Positions 28,239 to 38,920 are shown, counted from the first letter of the stretch. The stretch is 64,000 nucleotides of DNA from Parcubacteria group bacterium GW2011_GWA1_40_21 (GCA_000996205.1 LBYO01000001.1:3077-67076); one strand, 5' to 3'. Notes: generated from the sequence alone by a model not told the origin. A program made the numbers and translations.

Positions 28239-30752
28239 ATGGGGAAAGATGATGATTTTAAAGATGATTACAGACGTACAGGCAGAGCCGATACTGATTT
28301 AGTATTAGCCCCTGGAGAGTATGCGTATATTCAAGACGGAACAAAAGGTATAATCTCGGTCTATGTCGGACCGCAGAAAACAAGCCTTTCGCAGACGGAT
28401 TTCCCGGTGAATTGGGATTCCGCGAGACGGCAATATAATCGCTGTGAGCAATCTGCTGCCATCCACCCGTTTCCAAGTGCACCTGAAGGTTATTACATGG
28501 TGCTTCAGAATCCTGTGCCTAACGGAAAGGAAGAACATCCAAGTGGTGGGAAAGTGACTCAACACATCGATTTGTGTATGGGCCGCAAAATCAACATGCC
28601 AGGTCCGTCCACATTTCCATTGTGGCCAGGTCAATCAGCGGATGTTATTGAAGGACATCGTCTGCGCTCGAACCAATATCTTCTCGTCCGGATATACAAT
28701 GATGAGGAAGCTCAACATAATTGGGATAAAGCAGTTATCAAACTGCAAAATCCAGATGTTGGCCAACAGGGCGGAGAGGCTGGAGTTCAGGTTAAAACGA
28801 CTGATGTCGTTTCGGCTGTTGCGAAGGTTGAGAAGCCAACGATGGGACAGCTTATTATTGTCAGAGGGGTAGATGTATCATTTTATATTCCCCCGACTGG
28901 CGTTGAAGTTGTCCCCGACGAAAACAAGCAATTCGTTAGGAGTGCAGTAACTCTGGAAAGACTGGAGTATTGTATTCTTCTGAACGAATCTGGCGACAAA
29001 CGTTATGTCGTTGGTCCAGATGTGGTCTTTCCCAAGCCGACAGAGACCTTTGTGGAAGGTGTTGGAGACGATAGTGGTAAAACGCGAAAGTTTCGTGCGA
29101 TAGAATTGAACGAAATTCAAGGCCTGTATGTCAAGGTTATCGCCGACTATAAAGAAAGAGAGAAGACTTTCAAAGCCGGAGACGAGCTTTTTATTACCGG
29201 TAAGGAGCAAGCGATATATTATCCTCGTCCGGAACATTCCATTATCAGATACGGCGAACAAACCAAGCATTTTGCTGTCGTTATTCCTCCCGGAGAAGCT
29301 CGGTATGTGCTTGATCGTATGTCTGGGGCGGTGGAGTTAGTTAACGGTCCGAAAATGTTTTTAGCAGATCCTCGCAAGCAAGTCATGGTTAAGAGAATCT
29401 TAAGCGATAAGGAATTGGAGCTATGGTTTCCGAGTAATACTGAAGCGGTTCGAGTAAATTCAGTTCTTCGCCAAGCTGCCGTGATTCAGGGTTTGGAATT
29501 CGTGACATTGCAAAAAAAAGAAGAAAGTTCCGGTTTCATAGATAGATCAACCATTAATTCTGCCGAATCTTTTCAGAGAGGTTCAAAGTTCAACGAGCCT
29601 AGGACAATCACTTTAGACAACAAGTATGACGGTTCGGTCAGGATTGAGGTGTGGCCGGGCTACGCAATTCTTGTTGTGAGCAAGACAGGAAAACGCAGAG
29701 TCGTCATAGGACCGGAAATGACTCACTTGGAATACGATGAAACGCTCTTGCCCTTTACGCTTTCAACCGGCAGACCGAAAACTGACGATAAGCTTATTCG
29801 CACGGTTTACTTGAAGGTCAGAAACAATACGGTTTCGGATTTGGTTTTAGCCGAGACTAAGGATCTTTGTGAAGTCAAAGTCGAAGTTTCTTATCGCGTT
29901 AACTTTATGGGCGACGACCCGGAAGTGTGGTTTGAGGTGGACAATTATGTCAAGTTTCTCACTGATCATATTCGTTCCTTATTGCGGCACGCTATCAAAC
30001 AGCGTAGCATTGAAGATTTCTATCAGAACGCAACCTCAATCGTTCGCGACACGGTTCTAGGAATTGCCCGCGAAGGGAGCGAAGGCAGACTCGGTCGGAA
30101 CTTTCAGGAAAACGGCATGCATGTCTATGATGTTGAAATTTTGGATGTCAAGATCGGGAACGATCAGATCGCAAATCTTCTCGTGAAAGCGCAGCAGGAT
30201 GTAGTGGAAACCGGCTTGAAGACCGCAGCACTTGAGAGAATCTGTTCCTTCACATTGAAGGAGGAGGGACTCAAGAGAAGTACCGCTAATGCCAAAGCCG
30301 AGACCTCCTCTAATCAGCATCAGTTGGATGTCAGTGGGGTAAAACGCCAGCTGGAAATTGGCTTGGAGAATATCAAAAACAGGGTTAATGTTCAAGTTGA
30401 AGAAACCAAGGCGAATCTCAACCGTCAGGTCGATCTTGATCAGATCAGCAAAGCTGAACTCGAAAGAGCAAAGTTTAAGCTCGATCAGGAATTTATTGAT
30501 TTCAATCGCCGGCTTGAAGCGGAATCAAAGTCAATTAAAGATCAAGTTGCTGCAGTCAGCGATAAGTTAGCAGGAGCATTAACACTCTTGGCACACACAA
30601 ACCTCGCGGAACAGGTGTCAAAAGATATGGCGCCAATCGTTGCTCTTGGGGGAGGAAATGCCGAAGATATGTTTAATAAATTTGTTACCGGCACTTTTAT
30701 GCAGGATCTTCTTGCGCGAACCCGCAAGGATAATAAGTCTGTAGAAGATTAA
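28239..30752 (+). CDS. Major vault protein (MVP) homologue
   Basis: Vault-repeat-like units (L..GEYAYIQD..G.I.VYVGP; EYCILLN..GDKRYVVGP; GDELFITG), LSTGRPK, SPFH-like shoulder (SIEDFYQNATSIVRDTVLG...FQENGMHV), C-terminal coiled coil. Confidence 0.8.
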   Translation: MGKDDDFKDDYRRTGRADTDLVLAPGEYAYIQDGTKGIISVYVGPQKTSLSQTDFPVNWDSARRQYNRCEQSAAIHPFPSAPEGYYMVLQNPVPNGKEEHPSGGKVTQHIDLCMGRKINMPGPSTFPLWPGQSADVIEGHRLRSNQYLLVRIYNDEEAQHNWDKAVIKLQNPDVGQQGGEAGVQVKTTDVVSAVAKVEKPTMGQLIIVRGVDVSFYIPPTGVEVVPDENKQFVRSAVTLERLEYCILLNESGDKRYVVGPDVVFPKPTETFVEGVGDDSGKTRKFRAIELNEIQGLYVKVIADYKEREKTFKAGDELFITGKEQAIYYPRPEHSIIRYGEQTKHFAVVIPPGEARYVLDRMSGAVELVNGPKMFLADPRKQVMVKRILSDKELELWFPSNTEAVRVNSVLRQAAVIQGLEFVTLQKKEESSGFIDRSTINSAESFQRGSKFNEPRTITLDNKYDGSVRIEVWPGYAILVVSKTGKRRVVIGPEMTHLEYDETLLPFTLSTGRPKTDDKLIRTVYLKVRNNTVSDLVLAETKDLCEVKVEVSYRVNFMGDDPEVWFEVDNYVKFLTDHIRSLLRHAIKQRSIEDFYQNATSIVRDTVLGIAREGSEGRLGRNFQENGMHVYDVEILDVKIGNDQIANLLVKAQQDVVETGLKTAALERICSFTLKEEGLKRSTANAKAETSSNQHQLDVSGVKRQLEIGLENIKNRVNVQVEETKANLNRQVDLDQISKAELERAKFKLDQEFIDFNRRLEAESKSIKDQVAAVSDKLAGALTLLAHTNLAEQVSKDMAPIVALGGGNAEDMFNKFVTGTFMQDLLARTRKDNKSVED

Positions 30753-30783
30753 TAAATGTACTCAGATAGTTTCAGAGTTCTTT

Positions 30784-30818
30784 ACTACCCTCCGGTTTAA
30801 ACGGAGGGTAGTTTTTTA
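30784..30818. terminator. Bidirectional terminator between MVP and recG
   Basis: ACTACCCTCCG-GTTTAAA-CGGAGGGTAGT followed by a T run. Confidence 0.7.
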
Positions 30819-30840
30819 TATTAAAAAATTTTCTGTCTTT

Positions 30841-33000
30841 TCACTCAAAATGAATCGTTGCGGATTGGCGATGGGAGAGTTTTTGTTGGAGGATGGGGTA
30901 TCTGTTGAGCAAGGGATCTTTTTCAATCATATTTTTGACTTCGGCGCGGGCGGCTTCAACCATTTTGATATTTTTGATGGCTTCCATGCCGATGTCGGAA
31001 ATGCCCCATTGTTTTTGGCCGTAGAGTCCGCCGGTACCGCGGAATTTGAGGTCAAATTCCGCGAGTTCAAAGCCATTCTTCGCTTCTTTGAGAGCTTTCA
31101 GACGATTCAAAGTTTTGTCGGTTTTTGTGTCGGCGAAGACATAACAGTAGGCTTGATGATTGCTTCTGATGACTCGTCCGCGGAGCTGGTGTAGCTGGGC
31201 TAAGCCAAATCTTTCGGCGCCTTCAAGCACTATGATTGTGGCATTCGGAACATTAACGCCAACTTCCACCACCGATGTCGCGACGAGAATGTCAATCTTT
31301 TTATCTTTAAAATCATTCATAACTTTTTCTTTTTCCGAAGGTTTCATTTTGCTGTGCAAAATGGAAATTTCGTATTCGGGGAAAATATCTTTTTTCAGAC
31401 GTTTGGCTTCTTCTTTGACTGATTTGGCGAGTAGCGCCATTTCTTTTGCCGGATCGGGCTCGTCAATTCTCGGACAGATGACATAAGCTTGTCTTCCGTC
31501 TTTTAGTTCCGCTCTGATTTTTTCGTAAGTTTTATCACGGTCTATTGGCAAGACAATTTCTGTTATTATCTTTTTCCTGCCCTCGGGCATTTCATCAAGA
31601 AGCGTCAAATCCAAGTCGCCGTATATCGTGAGAGCTAATGTGCGGGGAATCGGAGTCGCGGTCATTGACAATAAGTGCGGAGCGAGTAAACTTTTTTTCG
31701 CCAATTTCTGTCTTTGCGCCGTGCCGAAGCGGTGCTGTTCATCTATTATGACCAGCGCCAAACTTTTAAAGTTCACGGTTTTTTGTATCAAAGCGTGAGT
31801 GCCGATGAGTATTGGAATTTCTCCGTTCGCCACCCATTTGAGAAGCTGGGTTCTTGAGATATCCGTCCAGCCGAGTGGATTCACTTTTGAGGGAAACTTC
31901 CTGCACCCGCTGCCGGTGATAAGTCCGATATTTATATTTAAATAGGAGAAATATTTTATGAAAGATTCGAAATGCTGAGTGGCGAGAATTTCGGTCGGCG
32001 CCATATAGGCGGTTTGCAAACTCCCGAAATCTTGCCCTTTTGGACGAGTGGTCGACGTGGCGTAGACAGCGACTGCCGCGACGGCGGTCTTGCCGGAGCC
32101 GACATCGCCTTCAAGCAAGCGCGACATCGCTTGGCCTTTTTTAAAATCAGCGAGAATGTCTGCAATCGCTTTTCTCTGCGCATTCGTCGCTTTGAATGGG
32201 AATCTGCCGATAAAATCCTCCAAATCTTTTTCATCCTTGTCTATGACGGGAGCCGGATTTTTCCTATACTCAATCCTTTCTTTCTGCTTTTCAAGCTGGA
32301 TGAAAAATATTTCTTCAAACGCAAGACGCTTTCTTGCCGACTCCGCGTCCTTTATTCTGTGAGGCGAATGAATCCAGACAAGGGAAGTTTTCAGGGATGG
32401 CAAGCTGTATTTTTTCAAAATTTCTTCGGGAATCGGGTCTGTTATCTCATCAAGAACTCCCAGACTAAATGCTTTCTGTATCTTATGAAATATCCAATTT
32501 GAAGTAATGCCTCTGCTCTCCTCATATACGGGATAAAGCGTGTAATCTTCTTTTTTTTCGCCAAAGAGAGAATCGCCGACACCAATCGGCAATCTGGAAA
32601 CTGTCTCAATTTTCGGATTGCTCATATACAGCTCGCCTTTTCTTTCCGAAACTTTTCCTTCGGCTTTGACTAGGGCGTTCTCGCCGATCATCTTGGCGAG
32701 ATAGGGCTGATGGAACCAGATCGCTTTTATTTTTCCCGACTCGTCTTCTATGAAAGCTTCCGCCATCGGTATCTTTTTGATATACGCCTTGCTAGTTTTG
32801 AGTCCGCTTATTTTTCCGAAAATCACGACATTGTCTCCGCCGACAAGCGAGCCGATGTTTTTCATACTGGAAGTGTCGCCGTATCTGACAGGGAAGTGAT
32901 AGAGCAAATCTTCAATAGTCCTAATGCCGAGCTTTCGGAGCGCTGTCTTCTGAATTTCAACAAGACGGAAATTTTCTTCAATCAGAGAATTTAGCTTCAT
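30841..33000 (-). CDS. recG: ATP-dependent DNA helicase RecG
   Basis: GDVGSGKT, DEQHRFG, MTATPIPRTL, QLHQLRGRV. Confidence 0.97.
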   Translation of the reverse strand: MKLNSLIEENFRLVEIQKTALRKLGIRTIEDLLYHFPVRYGDTSSMKNIGSLVGGDNVVIFGKISGLKTSKAYIKKIPMAEAFIEDESGKIKAIWFHQPYLAKMIGENALVKAEGKVSERKGELYMSNPKIETVSRLPIGVGDSLFGEKKEDYTLYPVYEESRGITSNWIFHKIQKAFSLGVLDEITDPIPEEILKKYSLPSLKTSLVWIHSPHRIKDAESARKRLAFEEIFFIQLEKQKERIEYRKNPAPVIDKDEKDLEDFIGRFPFKATNAQRKAIADILADFKKGQAMSRLLEGDVGSGKTAVAAVAVYATSTTRPKGQDFGSLQTAYMAPTEILATQHFESFIKYFSYLNINIGLITGSGCRKFPSKVNPLGWTDISRTQLLKWVANGEIPILIGTHALIQKTVNFKSLALVIIDEQHRFGTAQRQKLAKKSLLAPHLLSMTATPIPRTLALTIYGDLDLTLLDEMPEGRKKIITEIVLPIDRDKTYEKIRAELKDGRQAYVICPRIDEPDPAKEMALLAKSVKEEAKRLKKDIFPEYEISILHSKMKPSEKEKVMNDFKDKKIDILVATSVVEVGVNVPNATIIVLEGAERFGLAQLHQLRGRVIRSNHQAYCYVFADTKTDKTLNRLKALKEAKNGFELAEFDLKFRGTGGLYGQKQWGISDIGMEAIKNIKMVEAARAEVKNMIEKDPLLNRYPILQQKLSHRQSATIHFE

Positions 33001-33017
33001 TTATTTTTTTCACTCTT

Positions 33018-33500
33018 CTATTTTACGATGATCGTTCCGTACATTCCCGCTTTAGTGTGGTTGTGATATTTCCATTCGCCGATTTTCGTGAAAGTAAATT
33101 CATAAATTTCTCCGCTTGGAATATTTCTTTTTGGGTCAAATTCTGGATATGCCGTATGAGACGGATGCGGTCCGGAAGCAACCCACATTCCACCGCTGCT
33201 ATTGTTTGCGAATTTAACCGTCTCGCCGAGTTTGATTTCCAAAGAAGACGGGCTGAATCCTTTGTCCGTGTAATTCACGATATGTTTGGAAATCTCCGCG
33301 CCGACTGATGTTTGTTCATGATTCACCATTTCTTCTTCGGTCATCCCCTCCATTCCGCTTGCCGTCATTTCTAATGATGAGCTTTGAGTTTGCGCTTGCT
33401 CTTGAATTGTTGGAGCTTGGGCGGGCGATTTTTTAACGGCAAAATATATTCCAATAATTGCCAATATTATGATGATAAAAATGATTAATTTACTTTTCAT
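33018..33500 (-). CDS. Membrane-anchored cupredoxin-fold protein
   Basis: FSPSSLEIKLGETVKF.N, GEWKYHNH...MYGTIIV. Confidence 0.75.
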   Translation of the reverse strand: MKSKLIIFIIIILAIIGIYFAVKKSPAQAPTIQEQAQTQSSSLEMTASGMEGMTEEEMVNHEQTSVGAEISKHIVNYTDKGFSPSSLEIKLGETVKFANNSSGGMWVASGPHPSHTAYPEFDPKRNIPSGEIYEFTFTKIGEWKYHNHTKAGMYGTIIVK

Positions 33501-33602
33501 ATTTTTATTTACTCACGCGTTAAAATTCTTTGACGCGCGAAGCCAGTTAATTTGAATAATGATATTATGATACTATTATTTCGATAAAATTAAAAGAAGA
33601 AT

Positions 33603-35117
33603 ATGAAAAATTTAAGAAAACAAATAATCCTGATTGTGCTTGACGGTTGGGGTTACAGAGAGGAGAAGAAAGACAATGCGATAGCTGAAGCGAACACGGC
33701 TTTTTTTGATCAACTTTGGAATAACTATCCGCATGCTCTGCTTGAGGCGAGTGGTTTGGCTGTCGGTCTTCCGGAAGGGCAGATGGGCAACAGCGAAGTC
33801 GGACATACCGCGATCGGCGCCGGGAAAATTGTAAATACTGATCTGGTGAGAATAGGGAAGGCAATAGAGAATAATGAATTCGCGAAGAACCCCGCTTTTG
33901 TGGAGCTATTTAATCATGTGAAAGATAATGATTCGGTTTTGCATATTCAAGGGCTACTGGGTATTGGCGGAGTGCATAGTCACAGCGATCATCTATACGC
34001 TTTTCTAAAGGCGGCTAAAGAGAACGACATCAAAAAAATCGCTTTGCACTTATTCACCGACGGCAGAGATACGGCGCCCCAGAGCGCTTACGGATATTTA
34101 TCAGAATTGGAAAATTTTCTGAAAGATTCGGGCATAGGTTTTATCGCGAGCGCTTCGGGAAGATTCTACGCGATGGACAGGGACAACAATTGGGAGAGGC
34201 TAGAGAAAGCCGAAGACGCGCTTTTTGAATGCAAGGGCAATATCTGCGCGGAAAGAAAACCATCGGAAGTCGTCAAAGAACTTTACAGCAAAGGAATTTT
34301 TGACGAGCATATTGAGCCGATTGTTTTTGTGGATGAGAACGGAAAGAGTTATCCGATAAAAGACAATGACGGAGTATTCTTTTTCAATTTCAGGGCCGAC
34401 CGCGCGAGGATGCTTTCAAAGAAAGTCTGCGACAAAGCCGAAGGGTGCAACATACTTTTCGTAACGCTTACTCAATACGACAAGAATTTCAATTGCCTTG
34501 TCGCTTTCCCGCCGGAAGTCATTGAGACGACGCTCGGCAACGAAATTTCCAAAGCTGGTCTCACTCAAGTCCGCATCGCCGAGACTGAAAAATTCGCTCA
34601 CGCCACTTATTTTTTAAACGGCGGCAGAGAAGAGCCTTATGCGGGAGAAAAAAGAATTCTTATTCCAAGCCGAAAAGATGTGAAAACACACGATATGGCG
34701 CCCAAAATGCGAGCGGAAGAAATCGCTGACAAGGCGATTGAGGAAATAAAAAATGGCGCTGATTTTATTTTCGTAAATTTCGCCAATGCCGATATGGTCG
34801 GACACACGGCGAATCGTGAAGCGATAATTATAGCGATTGAAGAATTGGATAAACAGCTCAAACGAATTTGCGATTCTACTGAAGGCAAAAACTCAATCAT
34901 CTTCATAACAGCCGACCACGGCAATGCTGAAATCAACATTGATCCGGAAACTGGAGAAAAGCACACTTCCCACACCACAAGCCCCGTGCCGATAATCATC
35001 ACGGATAAAAATTTGAAACTACACAGCGGCGCTCTTGCCGACATTGCTCCAACCATTCTCAAACTTTTCGGAATAGAAATACCAAGGATGATGACAGGCA
35101 AAATTTTGACTGAATAA
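33603..35117 (+). CDS. gpmI: 2,3-bisphosphoglycerate-independent phosphoglycerate mutase
   Basis: LDGWG, MGNSEVGH, DMVGHT, TADHGN. Confidence 0.97.
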   Translation: MKNLRKQIILIVLDGWGYREEKKDNAIAEANTAFFDQLWNNYPHALLEASGLAVGLPEGQMGNSEVGHTAIGAGKIVNTDLVRIGKAIENNEFAKNPAFVELFNHVKDNDSVLHIQGLLGIGGVHSHSDHLYAFLKAAKENDIKKIALHLFTDGRDTAPQSAYGYLSELENFLKDSGIGFIASASGRFYAMDRDNNWERLEKAEDALFECKGNICAERKPSEVVKELYSKGIFDEHIEPIVFVDENGKSYPIKDNDGVFFFNFRADRARMLSKKVCDKAEGCNILFVTLTQYDKNFNCLVAFPPEVIETTLGNEISKAGLTQVRIAETEKFAHATYFLNGGREEPYAGEKRILIPSRKDVKTHDMAPKMRAEEIADKAIEEIKNGADFIFVNFANADMVGHTANREAIIIAIEELDKQLKRICDSTEGKNSIIFITADHGNAEINIDPETGEKHTSHTTSPVPIIITDKNLKLHSGALADIAPTILKLFGIEIPRMMTGKILTE

Positions 35118-35227
35118 ACAGGAAAATTTGATAAAAATTAATTTTTATGTTTAAATAAATTAAATTTAAATTCGCACAATAAAATGTGCGGCAGTTCTTT
35201 TTGGATTTTTAAAGAAAGGGGTATGTT

Positions 35228-35485
35228 ATGTTTATATCTGTTAAGTCTGTAATGAAAAGAATATTGAGTTTTTGCGGTCAAACTCCAATTAAAGAGGTTA
35301 GAATAATTTCTTTAATAATAATGGCAATTTTCATTATTCTTGAGGGGTATAATTTGATTAATATCAATACCTTCGTATCAAAGTATCCGTACTTATTTTT
35401 GTCGGGTGTATTGTATTTTTTCGTCTGCGCAATTTTTGAAGGTCATTCGCTTTTAGACACAGACAGAGGCGGCGTCGACAGTTAA
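35228..35485 (+). CDS. Small hypothetical membrane protein
   Basis: Two TM segments, AAAGGGG upstream, hairpin downstream. Confidence 0.55.
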   Translation: MFISVKSVMKRILSFCGQTPIKEVRIISLIIMAIFIILEGYNLININTFVSKYPYLFLSGVLYFFVCAIFEGHSLLDTDRGGVDS

Positions 35486-35578
35486 AAATTTATCTTTAAC
35501 ATTGCGGCAAGAGTCACTCTTGCCGCTTTTTCATTATATGTTTCAAAAATTGAAAATATAAGGTATCATATTGGAATT

Positions 35579-36631
35579 ATGATAAGCACAGGGAAATTGC
35601 AGCTGATTTTTTTTATGATTCTGACGGCGAGCGTTTCCGTGCTGGCTTTTTTCATATTTAAGCCTTATATCGCGCCGATATTTTTGGCCGCCATTATAGC
35701 TATCGTATTTTATCCTTTTTATAAAAGACTGCTAAAAGTTTTAAAAGAAAGAAAATCACTCGCGTCTCTTGCGGCGGTTCTTATCGTGCTCGGCGCGATC
35801 TTAATCCCATCAATTTTCATCGGAATCGCGCTTTACAAGGAAGCGACATCTTTTTATTTTAATGTGTCCTCTATGCAGTCCGGCAATGAAGGTCTGCTGA
35901 GCATGATCACGAGCTTTACCGAAAAGAAGCTCAGCGTTTTTATGCCGGAAATTTCTATTGACATAGGAGAATATTTACAGAAGGTTTCAAGCTGGATGGT
36001 CGGGCATTTGGATAACTTTTTTTCCAGCTTCTTTCGGATTTTGATAGGATTACTGCTTATGATTATTTCTTTGTTCTATTTCTTAAAAGACGGTGAGCGA
36101 ATGGTAAAACGTTTGGTTTCGTTGAGTCCGCTTGCCGATTCTTATGACGAGCAAATAATGAAGAAGGTCGGATTGTCAATAAATTCAATCGTGAGAGGCT
36201 CCCTTATTATCGCTCTTGTGAAGGGCTTCTTAACCGCTTTAGGGTTCGCGATTTTTTCCATTCCCAATCCGATACTTTGGGGTACAGTGACGGCTTTCGC
36301 TTCTTTTATTCCTATCGTTGGCTCGTCTATTGTGGTCGCGCCGGCGATATTGTATCTTTTCGTCACAAGCTCGCTTGCAAGTTCTATCGGTTTCGCGCTA
36401 TGGGGCATTGCTTTTGTCGGACTTTCCGATAACGTTCTGTCTCCGATATTGATGGAGCGAGGAATGAAAATACATCCTTTTCTAATTTTACTTTCCATTT
36501 TCGGCGGATTGGGATTTTTCGGGCCGATAGGTTTCATAGTAGGACCTGTTGTGTTAAGCTTGCTATTCGCCCTTTTTGACATTTATCCGCTGATAACCAA
36601 AAAAATAATATATGAAAAGAACAATAATTAA
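35579..36631 (+). CDS. AI-2E family transporter
   Basis: YFLKDG, SFIPIVG, DNVLSP, HPFLILLSIFGG. Confidence 0.9.
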   Translation: MISTGKLQLIFFMILTASVSVLAFFIFKPYIAPIFLAAIIAIVFYPFYKRLLKVLKERKSLASLAAVLIVLGAILIPSIFIGIALYKEATSFYFNVSSMQSGNEGLLSMITSFTEKKLSVFMPEISIDIGEYLQKVSSWMVGHLDNFFSSFFRILIGLLLMIISLFYFLKDGERMVKRLVSLSPLADSYDEQIMKKVGLSINSIVRGSLIIALVKGFLTALGFAIFSIPNPILWGTVTAFASFIPIVGSSIVVAPAILYLFVTSSLASSIGFALWGIAFVGLSDNVLSPILMERGMKIHPFLILLSIFGGLGFFGPIGFIVGPVVLSLLFALFDIYPLITKKIIYEKNNN

Positions 36632-37064
36632 ATTTTTTGACAGGATTGAAGACAGAGTTCGCGCCCGCTTGAGCCATCAGGCGATATTTTATGCTTTTGT
36701 CGGAGGCGGAGCGACACTTCTTTTTTGGAGAGGGGCGTGGCGCACTTTTGATGAGATTGAGCAAATGGGAGGAATTTTTGGAATTCTGCTTTCGCCTGTT
36801 GTGTCTCTGATTTTGTCCATTGTCATTTTACTGATGACGGGACTTTTCGTCTCGGTCTTTATCGGAGAAATGGTAATCCTCTCCGGCCTTAAAAAGGAAA
36901 AAAAAGTTTTTGACAAAACCGAGTCGGAAGTCAGAGGAGAAGGCAACTTGCTTGTGGAAATTAAATCAGAAATGGAAAAATTGGCGCGAGAAGTATCCGA
37001 CATAAAAGAAAGCATAAGAAAAAACGAAGATTATGAAAGAAATAAAGATAGCAACACACAATAA
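36612..37064 (+). CDS. Hypothetical membrane protein
   Basis: Two TM segments (LFWRGAW) and a C-terminal coiled coil; within an operon. Confidence 0.75.
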   Translation: MKRTIIKFFDRIEDRVRARLSHQAIFYAFVGGGATLLFWRGAWRTFDEIEQMGGIFGILLSPVVSLILSIVILLMTGLFVSVFIGEMVILSGLKKEKKVFDKTESEVRGEGNLLVEIKSEMEKLAREVSDIKESIRKNEDYERNKDSNTQ

Positions 37065-37920
37065 GCATTTTCATCCGGATGACGTCTTCGCTGTAGCGGC
37101 ATTATCTATTTTGCTCAAAGAACCTTTCAGTGTTGTAAGGACGAGAAATCCTTTGATAATAAAAAGCGCCGATTATGTCGTGGATGTCGGCGGGGAATAC
37201 GATGCTGAAAAAAATCGTTTTGACCATCATCAAAAAGGCGGAGCGGGGACAAGAGAGGATGGGATTCCTTACGCTTCGTTCGGATTGGTGTGGAAAAAAT
37301 ACGGTGCTTCCATTTGCGGTTCGGAGGAGATTGCCGGGATGATTGAAAAAAAGATTGTTGAACCGACTGACGCCGAAGATAACGGAGTTGATATCATCAA
37401 GCCTTTGTTTGAAGGTGTTTATTCTTACTCGTGCTTTAGGGTTATTTCATCTCTGAATCCGACATGGAAAGAAAGAGACAATGACCGAAATAAATTATTC
37501 GCCAAAGCCACTCAATTTGCCAAAGAATTGATTTTAAGAGAACTGGAAATAGCCCGCCATTTTGTTGAAGGCAGGGAATTCGTGGAAAGAGCCTATGATT
37601 CCGCCGAAGACAAGAGACTGATTATTTTGGACAACGAATATTCTTGGAAAGAAGTTATTAATAATTATAAAGAGCCTCTCTTCATGATAGAGCCTAATTT
37701 TGAAGCGGGGACATGGGAAATTATCGCGGTGCGAAGCGATATTAATTCTTTTAAAAATAAGAAAGATATGCCGGCAAGCTGGGGAGGAAAGGGGGACGAG
37801 GAACTGGCTTTGGAAACAGGAGTTTCGGATGCGGTTTTTTGCCACAGAAACCTTTTTATCGCAGCCGCCCGCTCAAAAGAGGGGGCGATAAAGTTGGTGA
37901 AAATGGCAATAGAGAAATAA
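37033..37920 (+). CDS. MYG1-family exonuclease
   Basis: THNKHFHPDD, VRTR, DVGG.YD..RFDHHQ, FCH. Confidence 0.9.
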   Translation: MKEIKIATHNKHFHPDDVFAVAALSILLKEPFSVVRTRNPLIIKSADYVVDVGGEYDAEKNRFDHHQKGGAGTREDGIPYASFGLVWKKYGASICGSEEIAGMIEKKIVEPTDAEDNGVDIIKPLFEGVYSYSCFRVISSLNPTWKERDNDRNKLFAKATQFAKELILRELEIARHFVEGREFVERAYDSAEDKRLIILDNEYSWKEVINNYKEPLFMIEPNFEAGTWEIIAVRSDINSFKNKKDMPASWGGKGDEELALETGVSDAVFCHRNLFIAAARSKEGAIKLVKMAIEK

Positions 37921-37936
37921 TAAAAAATAAAATAAA

Positions 37937-38908
37937 ATGGCGTTTATAGATGAATTAAAAGTGCATATCAAAGCTGGAGTCGGAGGAAACGGCGTCGTGA
38001 GATGGCGGCACCTGAAAGGCAAGGAGTATTCCGGCGCCGCTGGCGGCGACGGAGGAAAAGGGTCCAATGCGTACGTCAAAGCGTTAAGAGATGTGAGCAT
38101 TCTTGCCAGATATAAAAATATCAAGAACTTTGAGGGAGAGAATGGCGAAGACGGAATGAAAGACAGCAAGCATGGCAAGAGTGGCAAAGATTTGATTATT
38201 GAATTGCCAATAGGTTCGGTCATAACAAACTTAAGCACTGGCAGGAAAGTCCACCTTCTAAAAGAGGGAGAAACAATTTTACTTCTTAAGGGCGGAAACG
38301 GCGGCTATGGCAATGAACATTTCAAAGCTTCAACCAATGTGACACCGAAGCAGTCCACAAAAGGCAAGCAGGGCGAAGAGGCGGATTTTTTAATAGAGTT
38401 GGAGCTTATCGCCGATGCCGGATTTGTCGGACTTCCGAATGCCGGCAAGTCCAGCCTCTTGAACGAGCTCACTAAAGCCAAGTCTAAAGTCGGCAGCTAC
38501 GCTTTCACGACTCTTGAACCTTATCTTGGAGATATGGAAGGATTTATCTTGGCTGACATACCCGGACTTATTGAAGGCGCTTCGGAGGGGAAAGGACTCG
38601 GACATAAATTTTTGAGACACATAAAGCGAACTAAGACAATACTCCATTGCATTTCAGTGGAAAATGAAGATATTAGGCATTCCTATAATACCATCAGAAA
38701 AGAACTTGAGAATTACGACGCGGATCTGGTAAATAAGAAAGAAATCGTGATTCTTACAAAAACGGATTTAGTCGACTCCAAATTCATTGATAAGGCGATT
38801 AAAGAAATTTCAAAAGAGAATCCGGATATTTTGTCCGTGACGGTTTATGACAACGAGTCAATAAAAGAATTGAAAGACTCTCTGATAAAGATAATTAGAA
38901 GCATTTAA
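37937..38908 (+). CDS. obgE: GTPase ObgE
   Basis: Gly-rich Obg fold, GLPNAGKS, FTTL, DIPG, TKTD. Confidence 0.95.
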   Translation: MAFIDELKVHIKAGVGGNGVVRWRHLKGKEYSGAAGGDGGKGSNAYVKALRDVSILARYKNIKNFEGENGEDGMKDSKHGKSGKDLIIELPIGSVITNLSTGRKVHLLKEGETILLLKGGNGGYGNEHFKASTNVTPKQSTKGKQGEEADFLIELELIADAGFVGLPNAGKSSLLNELTKAKSKVGSYAFTTLEPYLGDMEGFILADIPGLIEGASEGKGLGHKFLRHIKRTKTILHCISVENEDIRHSYNTIRKELENYDADLVNKKEIVILTKTDLVDSKFIDKAIKEISKENPDILSVTVYDNESIKELKDSLIKIIRSI

Positions 38909-38920
38909 TTTCAATCATCA

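Noticed and set aside
30850-32994. Antisense ORFs within recG (likewise within ftsH, gap, secD and the glycosyltransferases)
   Set aside because: Shadow frames of well-supported genes.
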